Assembly: GCA_963792965.1 (NCBI GenBank)
Contig: CAWBYW010000007.1
Span: 512,001-576,000 of the forward strand
Length of the DNA: 64,000 nt
Direction: 5' to 3'
From: an uncultured delta proteobacterium
Lineage (GTDB): Bacteria > Desulfobacterota > Zymogenia > Zymogenales > Zymogenaceae
The notes below the pieces were generated by a model. It worked only from the letters and a program-made list of their open reading frames with translations, had not been told where the DNA came from and ran no database searches. Made by a program: the position numbers and the translations under genes. Positions 39,672 through 49,853 of the stretch are shown piece after piece. Position 1 is the stretch's first letter, and every line of letters begins with the position of its first letter.

Positions 39672-40388
39672 ATGGCCGAAAATACAAAGAAAATGAGCGA
39701 TGCTCAAAAGAACCTCTCGCGGGTAGCCAATGGCCTCAAGACCAATCGGGACCCCGCCGACAAGAGGGAGCGAATCATCGCCGCCGCCGAGAAGATATTC
39801 GCCCAGAAGGGATACTTCGAGACCACGATCGCCGAGATCGCCCGGGACGCGCAGGTGGCCGAGGGGACTATCTACGAATATTTCGCCAACAAGAAGGATC
39901 TCCTGTACGCCGTCCCCGAAAACTACCTTGCCGAGTACGCGGACTTCGTCCTGGATCACCTGCAGGGGATCAAGGGCGCCCTCAACAAGCTCAGAAAGAT
40001 CATCTGGTGCCACCTCTCCTACTTCCGCAACCACAAAGATTTCACCAAGATCATGACGCTGGAGATCCGCATCGATCCCGACTACTACAAGAGCAAGACA
40101 TACGAGAACCTCAAGCTCTATTCGGACCTGATCATCCAGATTATCACCGAGGGGATCAAAGAGGGTGAGATCGCCCCCTCGGTCAACCCTCACATCATAC
40201 GGGATATGATCCTGGGCACCGTTGAGCATGTCTCCATCCCCTGGCTCATCTTCGGGCGGGAGATTCCCATCGACAGCCTCGTCGAGGATATCTCGAGGGC
40301 CATCTTCACGGGCCTTGCGCCGCGCGAAAAGGTCTTGAAGGTCAATCTCAACGGCTTGGTTATGGGCGTGGACGATAAGGAACTATAA
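39672..40388 (+). CDS. TetR family regulator (FadR/YsiA-like)
   Basis: IIAAAEKIFAQKGY..TTIAEIA..A.VAEGTIYEYF.NK. Confidence 0.92.
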   Translation: MAENTKKMSDAQKNLSRVANGLKTNRDPADKRERIIAAAEKIFAQKGYFETTIAEIARDAQVAEGTIYEYFANKKDLLYAVPENYLAEYADFVLDHLQGIKGALNKLRKIIWCHLSYFRNHKDFTKIMTLEIRIDPDYYKSKTYENLKLYSDLIIQIITEGIKEGEIAPSVNPHIIRDMILGTVEHVSIPWLIFGREIPIDSLVEDISRAIFTGLAPREKVLKVNLNGLVMGVDDKEL

Positions 40389-40424
40389 GTACTATACAGG
40401 TATTTTTTTCAAGAGGAGGCCCTT

Positions 40425-40898
40425 ATGGCGGACAAATCAAAACTGGGAATGGAATTTTCCCCCTTCACCTACGAAGTAGAGAAGGGAAAGATCGCCGAGT
40501 TTGCCATGGCGATCTCCCAAAAGGAAAGCAAGGAACAGATCGACCAGATCTATGCCAGCAAGGAGGCGGCAAAAAAAGAGGGATACGATGACATCATCAT
40601 CCCCCCGACCTTCCAGACCTGCTTTGCCCTTTGGGGAGGCGGCGGCTTGATGCCGATGATCACGTCCCTCGGCATCAATCTCGGCAGACTCCTGCACGGC
40701 GAGGAGGAATACGAGTACCTCACGCCGATCCATCCGGGAGACGTCATCACCTGCAAGACCAAGGTGGTGGACATGTACCAGAAGGAAAAGAAGAACAAAC
40801 CGGGCAGTTTCATGGAATTTACCGTCCTTGAGACCGAGATGAAAAACCAGAGAGGCGAGGTGGTCATCAAAGGCCGCTCAACCCTCGTCGAACGGTAG
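40425..40898 (+). CDS. MaoC-like hotdog dehydratase, FAS1_N-type partner subunit
   Basis: VEKGKI.EFA, PPTF, LLHGEEEYEY..PI..GD. Confidence 0.85.
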   Translation: MADKSKLGMEFSPFTYEVEKGKIAEFAMAISQKESKEQIDQIYASKEAAKKEGYDDIIIPPTFQTCFALWGGGGLMPMITSLGINLGRLLHGEEEYEYLTPIHPGDVITCKTKVVDMYQKEKKNKPGSFMEFTVLETEMKNQRGEVVIKGRSTLVER

Positions 40899-40907
40899 GA
40901 GGAAGCC

Positions 40908-41363
40908 ATGGCAAAGGAAGTATATTATAAAGATATCAAGGTCGGCGACGAGATGCCCTCCTTCACCTCTGACCCCATCACGAGGACCCATCTGGTCCGC
41001 TATGCCGGCGCCTCGGGGGACTTCAACCCCCTGCACCACGATAACACCTTCGTGGCGCTCTTCGGTCTGCCCAACGTCATCGCACACGGCATGCTCATCA
41101 TGGGGCTTACCGGAAGGGCCGTCACCAACTGGATCCCCCAGAAGCACCTCAAGAAATATAAGGTCCGCTTCTCCGGGATGACCGATCCCATGGACCTCAA
41201 CGACGCGGCCAACACCACCAAGCGCGCCACGATCACCGTCAAAGGCAAGGTCGTCAAGAAGTGGGAGGAAGGAAAAGACAAGCTCGTCGAATGCGAGATC
41301 GAGTCGGCCGACGGCAACGGCATCGTCAAGCTGACAGGCTCCTTCGTGGCCGCGCTTCCGTAG
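40908..41363 (+). CDS. MaoC family (R)-enoyl-CoA hydratase, catalytic subunit
   Basis: YAGASGDFNPLHHD, IAHGM. Confidence 0.9.
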   Translation: MAKEVYYKDIKVGDEMPSFTSDPITRTHLVRYAGASGDFNPLHHDNTFVALFGLPNVIAHGMLIMGLTGRAVTNWIPQKHLKKYKVRFSGMTDPMDLNDAANTTKRATITVKGKVVKKWEEGKDKLVECEIESADGNGIVKLTGSFVAALP

Positions 41364-41510
41364 CATTCGCATTCATGGGCGGCCAAGCCGCCCGGGTTCT
41401 TAGAGCGCTCGTCTCCCGAAGTCGGCACGAAAACGCGGCCGGGAGACCGCTAAGGGGCGTTATAAAGACAGTGCATAAACCACCATATATCTTTTACAGA
41501 GGAGCGGACA

Positions 41511-42422
41511 ATGGGAAATATTGATTTCAAAGGAAAGGTTGCAATCGTGACGGGCGCGGGCGCGGGACTCGGGCGCACGTACGCCCTCGAGCTTGCCAAG
41601 CGCGGCGCAAAGGTCGTCGTGAACGACCTCGGCGGTGCCCGTGACGGCTCCGGCGCGAGCCAGGGCCCGGCACAAGTCGTCGTCGACGAGATCAAGAAAG
41701 CCGGCGGCCAGGCGGCCGCCAACTATGACAACGTCTCCACCATCGAGGGCGGGCAGAAGATCGTCAAGACCGCCGTGGATAACTTCGGGACGGTCGACAT
41801 CGTCATCAACAACGCCGGTATCCTTCGCGACAAGAGCTTTCTCAAGATGGAGCCGGATATCTGGGACGTGGTTATCGCGGTGCACCTGAGAGGCGCCTAC
41901 TGTGTCACCCAGCCGGCCTTCGCCATCATGCGCGAGAAAAACTACGGCCGCGTCGTGCTGACCACCTCTGGCGCAGGGCTTTACGGCAACTTCGGCCAGA
42001 CTAACTACGCTTCGGCGAAGATGGGCCTCTACGGCCTCATGAACGCCCTCAAGATCGAGGGTGCCAAATACAACGTCAAGGTGAACACCATCGCGCCGGT
42101 GGCGGCCTCCCGCCTCACCGAGGACGTCATGCCCCCCGAATTCTTCGAGAAGCTGAAACCCGAGTTCATTACCCCGCTCGTCACCTACCTCGCCTCCGAG
42201 GAATGCCAGGACACCGGCTATGTCTTCAACTGCGGCATGGGCTGGTACAGCAGATCGGCCATCCTCATGGGCAAAGGAGTGATCATCGGAGACGGCAAGC
42301 GGGACATCAAGGCCGAGGAGATCAAGGACAACTGGAAAAAGATCGTGGATCTCGCCGGCGCACGCGAAGTCGGCAGCGTTCAGGAGACGTTCGTCGAGAT
42401 GATGTCAATCGTACAGAAATAG
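41511..42422 (+). CDS. SDR, MFE-2-like (3R)-hydroxyacyl-CoA dehydrogenase
   Basis: TGAGAGLG, VNDLGG, NNAGILRD, GNFGQTNYASAK. Confidence 0.9.
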   Translation: MGNIDFKGKVAIVTGAGAGLGRTYALELAKRGAKVVVNDLGGARDGSGASQGPAQVVVDEIKKAGGQAAANYDNVSTIEGGQKIVKTAVDNFGTVDIVINNAGILRDKSFLKMEPDIWDVVIAVHLRGAYCVTQPAFAIMREKNYGRVVLTTSGAGLYGNFGQTNYASAKMGLYGLMNALKIEGAKYNVKVNTIAPVAASRLTEDVMPPEFFEKLKPEFITPLVTYLASEECQDTGYVFNCGMGWYSRSAILMGKGVIIGDGKRDIKAEEIKDNWKKIVDLAGAREVGSVQETFVEMMSIVQK

Positions 42423-42436
42423 ACATTTTTCCACGC

Positions 42437-42467
42437 GGGGCGGGGGCTTCCTCCGCCCCTCTTTTTT
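42437..42467 (+). terminator. Intrinsic terminator
   Basis: GGGGCGGGG-loop-CTCCGCCCC then TCTTTTTT. Confidence 0.7.
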
Positions 42468-42471
42468 GGCT

Positions 42472-43119
42472 ATGATCATCGGAGTAATCGCCGACATTCA
42501 CGGAAACTCACCGGCGCTCGTGGCGACACTGCACGAGATGCCCGGAACTGACCTCATCCTGCTGGCCGGGGACATCGCGGGACGCGCCCACGAGCTCGTG
42601 GAAGTCCTCGAGATTATCGACGCGCACGGCATACTATACGTCCAGGGCAACCATGAGGAAACGGCGATCAACTACTACTCTCTTTTCGGGGGAGACTCCC
42701 GGCTCGCCGACGCGGTGCGACGGATACGGGAAACGCCGTACCGCAAAGACCTTGTGCTTGACAAAAGAAAGATCATCCTTGCACACGGAAGCCCGGACAA
42801 CCCCAAAAAAGAATATGTTTATCCCGAATATCCTTACTTTGACCGTTTTTTGGCCCTCGGCTTCGACTTCATTATCCTGGGCCACACCCACGTCCCCATG
42901 GTGGTCGCCAGAGATCACACGACGATTATCAACCCGGGCTCCGTCGGCGAGCCCGAGGCTAAGGATCCCCGCCCAAGCTACGGCTTGATTGACACGGCGC
43001 GCGGGACGGCGGAGGTCCGCTATGTGAGAAATTACGTAGAAAAGAAGAGGCTCCGGTACATCACGCCCTTTCGCTGGGGCCGCTATTCCCTAACGGCCGG
43101 ACCGGGGCTTATCCCCTGA
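42472..43119 (+). CDS. Metallophosphoesterase (YfcE/calcineurin-like)
   Basis: DIHGN, GD, GNHE, HGSP, GHTH, NPGSVG. Confidence 0.88.
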   Translation: MIIGVIADIHGNSPALVATLHEMPGTDLILLAGDIAGRAHELVEVLEIIDAHGILYVQGNHEETAINYYSLFGGDSRLADAVRRIRETPYRKDLVLDKRKIILAHGSPDNPKKEYVYPEYPYFDRFLALGFDFIILGHTHVPMVVARDHTTIINPGSVGEPEAKDPRPSYGLIDTARGTAEVRYVRNYVEKKRLRYITPFRWGRYSLTAGPGLIP

Positions 43120-43185
43120 TACAATAAAGAGGACTATTCAGCTACCATAACCACGCTCTGCATATCATGAGACAGGAGGCCACAC

Positions 43186-44337
43186 ATGTCATTGTTGGAA
43201 CAGATCTATACGGAAGATCATCGGATTTTCCGCGACGCCCTCAAGAAGTACCTCGAGGCAAACGTCACCCCCTACGCCGACGAATGGGAGAAGGCCGGCA
43301 TCACCCCGAAAAAAGCCTGGAAAGACTTCGGGGCCCAGGGGTTCCTCTGCCCCTCGCTCCCGGAACAGTACGGCGGCTCCGGTGTCGGGTTTGAGTACTC
43401 GGTCATTATCCTTGAGGAAATTTCCAGGACCAAGCAGTCGGGTCTGGCGGTATCCCTGCACAGCGACGTAGTGGTCCCCTACATCTCCTCCTTCGCCAAC
43501 GACGAGCAGAAATCCCGGTGGCTCCCCGGATGCGCCAGCGGCGACATCATCACGGCCGTCGCCATGACCGAGCCAAACGCCGGCTCGGACCTGGCCGCCC
43601 TCAGGACAACCGCCGTCAAAGACGGAAAGGACTATATCCTCAACGGTCAGAAGACCTTTATCAGTAACGGGATCAACTGCGACCTCTGCATCGTGGCCGT
43701 CAAGACGGATCCCAAGGCCACCCCTCCGTACGCGGGGATCTCTCTGGTCGTCGTGGAAGACGGGACACCGGGCTTCGTCAAGGGGAAAAGATTCGATAAG
43801 ATCGGCATGAAGAGCCAGGACACCGCCGAGATGTATTTCGAGGACTGCCGGATACCGCGCGAAAACCTCCTCGGAGAGGAAGGCGGCGGCTTCAAGTACC
43901 TGATGCAGAAACTTCAGCAGGAGCGGCTCGTCGCCTCCTGGGGCTCACAGGTCTTAGCCGAGATCGCCCTGGAAGTCACGATCGAATACGCCAAGAGCCG
44001 CGAGGCGTTCGGCAGGCCGATATCCCGTTTCCAGCACAACTCCTTCAAGCTGGCCGAGATGGCCACCGAAGTAGAGCTTGGGAGGACCTTCCTTGAGGCA
44101 TTGACGCTCGATCACATCGCGGGACGCGACGTCGTCAAGAAGGTCTCGATGGCCAAATACTGGGTCTGCGAGATGGCCAACCGCATTGCCCAGCAGGGCG
44201 TCCAGATCCACGGCGGCTATGGCTACATGGAGGAGTACCTTATCGCCCGGCTCTTCAGGGACGTGAGGATCCATACGATATTCGCCGGCACTTCCGAGGT
44301 CATGAAGCTCATCATCTCCCGGATGATGGGCCTGTAA
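43186..44337 (+). CDS. Acyl-CoA dehydrogenase (LCAD-like)
   Basis: AMTEPNAGSD, NGQKTFISN, QERL, QIHGGYGYM, IFAGTSEV. Confidence 0.94.
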   Translation: MSLLEQIYTEDHRIFRDALKKYLEANVTPYADEWEKAGITPKKAWKDFGAQGFLCPSLPEQYGGSGVGFEYSVIILEEISRTKQSGLAVSLHSDVVVPYISSFANDEQKSRWLPGCASGDIITAVAMTEPNAGSDLAALRTTAVKDGKDYILNGQKTFISNGINCDLCIVAVKTDPKATPPYAGISLVVVEDGTPGFVKGKRFDKIGMKSQDTAEMYFEDCRIPRENLLGEEGGGFKYLMQKLQQERLVASWGSQVLAEIALEVTIEYAKSREAFGRPISRFQHNSFKLAEMATEVELGRTFLEALTLDHIAGRDVVKKVSMAKYWVCEMANRIAQQGVQIHGGYGYMEEYLIARLFRDVRIHTIFAGTSEVMKLIISRMMGL

Positions 44338-44465
44338 AATAGAGGTGATGCGTATCGGGGGGGCGTCGGCCCCCCGATATCCCGTCCTACGCCGTGACGG
44401 TCCGCCGGATTGCTCCACCCTATCGCCTCTCGCTGTGACGAGCAAGTTTCCTACGCCCTTTCCCA

Positions 44466-45254
44466 TTACCCCCGCTCCATGACCTTCATACCGACTTTCA
44501 GCACAAGGCACGTCGGGACAAATTGCATTGACGATACCATGATTTTATTTGCCCACCCGGCCACAACGCTTCTCTTTCCGCGCATGAGCGCGCGGTACCC
44601 GATTTTTGCCACGGTCGCCGGGTCCATGACGCCGCTCTGAAAGAGCTTCACGTCACCCATCCCCGCCCGCTCGGCAAACCTCGTCATGGTGGCCCCGGGG
44701 CAGAGCGTGGTCACGGTGACGCCCGTCCCCTTGAGCTCCTCGGCGATCGCCTCCGAGAAGCTCAACACGTACGCCTTCGTGGCCGCGTAGACCGCGTTTT
44801 TCGGCACCGGGACGAATGACCCCGTGGAGCCGACGTTCATGATCCTGCCCCGGCCACGCCTGATCATCCCCGGCAGCAGCAGCTTTGTCAGCCCCGTCAG
44901 CGAGGCGATGTTGGTCTGGATCATCTCGGTCTCCTTTTCGAGCCTCGTCTCGGAAAAGAGTCCGTACTCGTTGAACCCTGCGTTGTTGACCAACACGTCT
45001 ACCGTGAGACCCTGCTTCTCAACGAGAGCGACGATCTCCGACGCCGATTGGGGACGAGCGAGATCCGAGGAGATGACCTCGACCGGGATCTGGAACATGC
45101 CTTCGATTTCCTTCTTTACCCTGCCCAGGCGTTCTTTGTCTCGCGCTACGATCACGAGCCCGAACCCGTGCTTCGCAAAGACATTTGCCAGCTCGTAGCC
45201 GATGCCGCTGCTCGCGCCGGTGATGAGCGCCGTCTGGCCGTTGTTCCGTGTCAT
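44466..45254 (-). CDS. Short-chain dehydrogenase/reductase
   Basis: TGASSGIG, NNAG, YAATK. Confidence 0.92.
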   Translation of the reverse strand: MTRNNGQTALITGASSGIGYELANVFAKHGFGLVIVARDKERLGRVKKEIEGMFQIPVEVISSDLARPQSASEIVALVEKQGLTVDVLVNNAGFNEYGLFSETRLEKETEMIQTNIASLTGLTKLLLPGMIRRGRGRIMNVGSTGSFVPVPKNAVYAATKAYVLSFSEAIAEELKGTGVTVTTLCPGATMTRFAERAGMGDVKLFQSGVMDPATVAKIGYRALMRGKRSVVAGWANKIMVSSMQFVPTCLVLKVGMKVMERG

Positions 45255-45286
45255 TATAAGTTCCTCCTTCTCATTGGTTTATTACT

Positions 45287-45302
45287 ATAGTTTCACAACT
45301 AT
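45287..45302. promoter_or_regulatory. Candidate ArsR operator upstream of the SDR
   Basis: ATAGTT-TCAC-AACTAT followed by CGAA; same pattern recurs at 45728. Confidence 0.6.
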
Positions 45303-45324
45303 CGAACATTTATCTCAAAAAAAA

Positions 45325-45654
45325 TCACTTCTTTCCCTTCCCGATCGCCATCACCTCGCCGACCTTTTCCAGCATCTCCGGATTGACGTTCGCGACAAGA
45401 TATTTCCCCCGCCGCTCGGTCGTGATGAGCCCCGCGTCCTCCAGCTCCTTGAGGTGGTGGGAGATCGTCGGCGCGCCGATTTTCAGCGAGTCGATGATGA
45501 GGTCCGTAACGTAGCAGACATCCCCCGACGCGAAGCGCTCCTGGCACTTCTCGGCGATCTTCAGGTAGAGGCTGAGACGGTTGGGGTTGGACAGCGCCTT
45601 GAAGACGCGCGCCATCTTCTTTTCGTCGATTGTCTCGGACATCACCATACCCAC
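45325..45654 (-). CDS. ArsR/SmtB family regulator
   Basis: FKALSNPNRL, PTISHHLKEL..AGLI..ERRGK. Confidence 0.9.
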   Translation of the reverse strand: MGMVMSETIDEKKMARVFKALSNPNRLSLYLKIAEKCQERFASGDVCYVTDLIIDSLKIGAPTISHHLKELEDAGLITTERRGKYLVANVNPEMLEKVGEVMAIGKGKK

Positions 45655-45727
45655 TATTCCCTTACCCCCTCACGATTACCCGTTGCCTGACGCCTCGATG
45701 ACAGGGGACGAACGGACTAACCATACC

Positions 45728-45776
45728 ATAGTTGCATAACTATCGAAATGATAGCTTACGAAATGCAGCCTGTCAA
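45728..45776 (-). promoter_or_regulatory. arsR promoter and operator
   Basis: TTGACA(45776)-17-TATCAT, then ATAGTT-GCAT-AACTAT palindrome at 45728-45743. Confidence 0.65.
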
Positions 45777-45891
45777 GTAATTTTTTGATTACTCATCTTT
45801 TTTGTTGGTTCGATGCCGCAGGAGCCCCGTAATTGCTCTGATCTCACCGAACCGAAGAACCGGGTATGACCTCTCTCAAACCGGTCCTTCC

Positions 45892-46710
45892 CTACTCATC
45901 CTTGAACTCCGGCTCCCGCTTGCCCAGGAACGCCCCGATCCCCTCGACGCACTCGCCGCACTCGATGAGGCAGATCGCCCTCTCCGACTCAAATTGAAGG
46001 GCCTCCTTCATCGCGACGTCCGGCGTCTCCCGGATAACCCTGAGCGCCTCCCGCACCGCCCGGGGGCCGTTCTTCGCGATCATCTCGGCCGTGGCAAGCG
46101 ATTCCGCAAGCGACTCGTTCCTCTCGCTCACCGCGTTGATGAGGCCTATCGCAAACGCCTCGTCGGCCAAAACCTTCCTCCCGGTAAGGATCAGCTCGGC
46201 CGCGCGGGACGGCCCCACGAGGCGGGTCAGCGCCACCCCTCCCCCCCAATCGGGCATGAGGCCGAGCCTCACCTCCGAAAACGAGATAACCGCGTCGGGG
46301 TCCATGAATCTCATGTCGCACCGGACGGCAAGCTCCGCCCCGCCGCCGTATGCGATCCCGTTGACGGCCGCGATGATGGGGACGGGCAGCGCCATAAGTC
46401 GGTCGACTCCTCCTCTGATGCCATGGATCAGCTCCTCGATGGGCCGCCGGTCCTTATCGTTCAGGGCGGTGACGAGACGCGATACCTGGGGATTGGTGGG
46501 GCTGACGTCAAACCCCGCCGAGAAGGACTCTCCCGCTCCGGTGACCACGATCACCCGCGGGAGTTTCTTCGTAAGACGTCCGACCGCATCATCAAGCCCC
46601 CGCCACATCGACTCGTCAAAGGCATTCTTTTTCGAGGCGCGATCAAGCCGGATGACGGCGATATGATCCTTCGGTTTTAGGTACTCGACGCGCACACCGT
46701 AGTCGGACAT
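45892..46710 (-). CDS. Enoyl-CoA hydratase/isomerase
   Basis: KKNAF, FSAGFD, AAVNG.AYGGG.EL, SEVRLGLMPDWGG. Confidence 0.9.
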   Translation of the reverse strand: MSDYGVRVEYLKPKDHIAVIRLDRASKKNAFDESMWRGLDDAVGRLTKKLPRVIVVTGAGESFSAGFDVSPTNPQVSRLVTALNDKDRRPIEELIHGIRGGVDRLMALPVPIIAAVNGIAYGGGAELAVRCDMRFMDPDAVISFSEVRLGLMPDWGGGVALTRLVGPSRAAELILTGRKVLADEAFAIGLINAVSERNESLAESLATAEMIAKNGPRAVREALRVIRETPDVAMKEALQFESERAICLIECGECVEGIGAFLGKREPEFKDE

Positions 46711-46737
46711 CACGAGTCCCCCCTGTCTCATAGAGCA

Positions 46738-47508
46738 TCAGAGCTCGCCGAAAAAATCTATGATTGTCTTGGCTACTTTATCTCTTTCCACGTCCCACGT
46801 CAGGATATGGTACGACTCGGAAAACCACTCGATGCGTTTGACAGGAGAGCTCACCTTTCTCAAGATGAGGGCGGGGTTATCAGCCGGGATGACGTGATCG
46901 TTCTTGGACTGCATGACGATCAGCGGGGCCTTCACCTTGCCGAGGCTCTTCTCGGTCATCCTCATGAACCGGATCAGCTGCAGTCCCGCCCGGACGGGGC
47001 CGTGGCTATAGGTGACGAGCTTTCCCTTCATGGCGGGGTCTTTGATATCGGGCCCGCTCTTTTTTTTCGCCGCGGGGAGGAGCCGAAGCCCCGGGATAAA
47101 CGAGATCAGGGCGGCGCAATAGCGGATGAGCGGGCTGTGAAACCTGATGGGGACCGAAAGGACGGCGGCCCCGGCGGCATTGTAGCCTTCGGAGAGGAGA
47201 AAGAGCGCGATCGTGCCGCCCGCGCTCATCCCGACGACGAAGACCTTCGGGTAGACCGCCGCCAGCGATTCAAACGAGGCCGCCGCCTCACGATGCCAGT
47301 CGACCCAGCCGGTTCGGTCCAGGTCTCTTACGCTCGTGCCGTGCCCGGGGAGCCGTGGGGCGAAGACCGTGTACCCCGCCTCGTTGAGCTTCGTGCCGAG
47401 ATAGCGCATCTCAAACGGTGAGGCCGTAAAGCCGTGCAACAGCAGGCAGGCCCGCATCCCCCCGTCGAGGAAGAAGGGCTCGGCGCCCGGTATAATCGCC
47501 TCGGTCAT
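46738..47508 (-). CDS. Alpha/beta hydrolase (carboxylesterase/monoacylglycerol lipase-like)
   Basis: LHGFT, PGHG, GMSAG, DHV, SYH. Confidence 0.9.
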   Translation of the reverse strand: MTEAIIPGAEPFFLDGGMRACLLLHGFTASPFEMRYLGTKLNEAGYTVFAPRLPGHGTSVRDLDRTGWVDWHREAAASFESLAAVYPKVFVVGMSAGGTIALFLLSEGYNAAGAAVLSVPIRFHSPLIRYCAALISFIPGLRLLPAAKKKSGPDIKDPAMKGKLVTYSHGPVRAGLQLIRFMRMTEKSLGKVKAPLIVMQSKNDHVIPADNPALILRKVSSPVKRIEWFSESYHILTWDVERDKVAKTIIDFFGEL

Positions 47509-47518
47509 TGATACATCC

Positions 47519-48487
47519 TCAGCTCAGCTCGACCGGGATTTGACAGGCCGCGCCGCTCTCGTCCGTGACGATCTGGATGGTCGATTCTATGACGTGGTAT
47601 TTCAGAGAGAGCTGACGGTTTATGTGGCGAAGAAGTGCCATGGGGTTCTTTACTCCGTCGTTGATCCCGATGTGGGCCGAAAAGACCAGCATATCCGGCG
47701 TGATCGCCCAGAGGTGCGCGCTGTATATCCCGGCGATCTCCGGGAATGAGCTCATGAGGTCGGTGGCGATGGTGTCACTGTCGAACCCGCCGTCTCCCGG
47801 CGCCATCTCCATGAGGATCTTTCCCGAATCCCTGAGGACGCCCCAGGCCCAATAAAGGATCGCGATCGAAATCCCGATGCTCACGATCGGGTCAATGATT
47901 GTCCAGCCGAAGTAGTAGATCACCACCGCGGCCCCGACGACCCCCACCGATGAGGCAGCGTCGGCCATGAGATGATAGAAGACTCCCTTGACGTTGAGGT
48001 CGTGTTTGTGGCTCCCCTTGAGGATGAAGATCCCGGCCACGTTGGCAATGAGCCCCACCATAGCCACCACGAACATCTCAAACCCGAAGACCTCCCGGGG
48101 CGTTATGATGCGGAGCACCGACTCCCAGACGATGACCGCAGAAACCAGAACGAGAAAAATCCCGTTGACGAACGACGCGAGGATCTCGGCCCGGTAGAGC
48201 CCGAATGTCCGGTGGTGGCAGGGGGGCTTGCGGGCGATGGATATCGCGGCAAGCCCGATGATGATCGCAAAACAGTGGGTGAACATGTGGCCGGCGTCCG
48301 AGATCAGCGCGATGCTTCCCGAAAAGAGACCACCGGCGATCTCCACGATCATAAAGATCGAGGTGACGATAAGCGATATGATCAGCTTTTTTCTTTCTAC
48401 CTTGCGGTATTCGAAGAGGCGCTCGGAAAATGCGCCTCTGTGGTCATGATAGGCATGGTTATGACCATCCTCATCGTAGTGTTCCAT
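47519..48487 (-). CDS. Cation diffusion facilitator (CzcD-like)
   Basis: SIALISDAGHM, TFG..RAE, HLMAD, H.W, His-rich N-terminus. Confidence 0.9.
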   Translation of the reverse strand: MEHYDEDGHNHAYHDHRGAFSERLFEYRKVERKKLIISLIVTSIFMIVEIAGGLFSGSIALISDAGHMFTHCFAIIIGLAAISIARKPPCHHRTFGLYRAEILASFVNGIFLVLVSAVIVWESVLRIITPREVFGFEMFVVAMVGLIANVAGIFILKGSHKHDLNVKGVFYHLMADAASSVGVVGAAVVIYYFGWTIIDPIVSIGISIAILYWAWGVLRDSGKILMEMAPGDGGFDSDTIATDLMSSFPEIAGIYSAHLWAITPDMLVFSAHIGINDGVKNPMALLRHINRQLSLKYHVIESTIQIVTDESGAACQIPVELS

Positions 48488-48617
48488 CACTCTTGTCGGA
48501 CTCCTTATAGAATAGGATACTCACGCTTTTTCTTTTAGTATAGCATCCGGGCGCAAAAAAAGCCATAGGGTTTTGACCAACCACGCATTGCGGGCCGTGC
48601 CGGGCGGGCGCCTGGTA

Positions 48618-48995
48618 TCAATAGCCGAGATCGAGCTTCGATATCGGTACGCCTCCCCCTGCTGCCCAGTTGTTCCTCTCGGATTCGACGATGACGAACA
48701 GGATGTCACGTTCGGGAACTCCCGTGCGCTCGTGGATAATCCCGTTGAGTCTTTTGAAAAGATTTTCTTTCATCTCATCGGTCCTTCCCGAAAACATGAG
48801 GATCTCTACGAAGACGAAATCGCGACTTCGGCTTTCGTGCGTCGCTCGGAAGAAAATATCGGATTCATAGAGGATCACGTGGCCATGATCCGGTTTGATT
48901 CCGAGTGTCTCCACGAGGGCAAGCCGGACCTCCTTTACCAGCATTCCCCGGCGGAACACGTTGCGGGACGAGACATGGAGCTTTACCAGCGGCAT
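48618..48995 (-). CDS. Tautomerase family protein
   Basis: Pro-1 (MPLVK), GRT.E.K..L, E....NW..GG. Confidence 0.82.
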   Translation of the reverse strand: MPLVKLHVSSRNVFRRGMLVKEVRLALVETLGIKPDHGHVILYESDIFFRATHESRSRDFVFVEILMFSGRTDEMKENLFKRLNGIIHERTGVPERDILFVIVESERNNWAAGGGVPISKLDLGY

Positions 48996-49114
48996 ATCGT
49001 ACTCCTTGCTTATTGTTGATCATCGCTCTCGTCTATAAGACACCGTATCTACCCACCGGTTGCGCCGGATACGGGCAATATGATATACTTTCCGTCATCG
49101 GTAGAGGAGAAGAG

Positions 49115-49837
49115 ATGAAAAAAACGGCGATCATATGCGTGCTTTTCGTCGTCTTTCTGTTTATTCTTCATAGTGCCGCCCATGCCGCGTCCGCCCGCGA
49201 TCTCAACACCGAGGGATATGAGCTTTACAAGGCGGGAAAATATCCCGAGGCGCTCGCCCTTTTTAAACGCTCCGTGGCCGCCGACCCCGACTACGCGCTG
49301 GCCCACTACAACCTCGCCTGCACACTCGGCGTCCTCAGGAAGCGCGGGCCCGAGGCGATCTGCCGGTACGATGCATACAAGTCAGCCATCCTCGATCACC
49401 TCGAGGCGGCCCTACGCCTTGATCCCGACACGCTCACGAAGGTGTCCGGCGATCCCGACCTCGACCCTGTCCGAGACACCTTCCGCTACCTGAGGATCGT
49501 GGGCGTCAGCCCGGACGATGAGGACGATATCAGGACGATCCTGGTCCACGTCACGTGGTATGGCCCCGCGATAGGCGCCTTCGGGGCGGGGGCGGGCCTC
49601 TCCTTTCACGATGACGGCACGCTTGTGCTTTGGACGATCGATACGACCGGCGAGTCGGTAAAACGCGTGGACCTCGCCGGGAGCTTTTTGATTTCAGGAA
49701 ATCAGGTGACGGTCACGCTGGAAAAACCGCTGGGCGACGCGACGGTCTTCAAGGGGATCCTCATGCCCGGAGGGACGCTGGACATCCCGGGTCTCCCCGG
49801 CCCTTTCACCGACGATCCCCACGACTGCGAAGCGTAA
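49115..49837 (+). CDS. Secreted TPR-containing protein
   Basis: Signal peptide ending AAHA, NTEGY..Y..GKY..A, AHYNLAC. Start after GAGGAG. Confidence 0.8.
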   Translation: MKKTAIICVLFVVFLFILHSAAHAASARDLNTEGYELYKAGKYPEALALFKRSVAADPDYALAHYNLACTLGVLRKRGPEAICRYDAYKSAILDHLEAALRLDPDTLTKVSGDPDLDPVRDTFRYLRIVGVSPDDEDDIRTILVHVTWYGPAIGAFGAGAGLSFHDDGTLVLWTIDTTGESVKRVDLAGSFLISGNQVTVTLEKPLGDATVFKGILMPGGTLDIPGLPGPFTDDPHDCEA

Positions 49838-49853
49838 CGACACCGCAAGAAAG

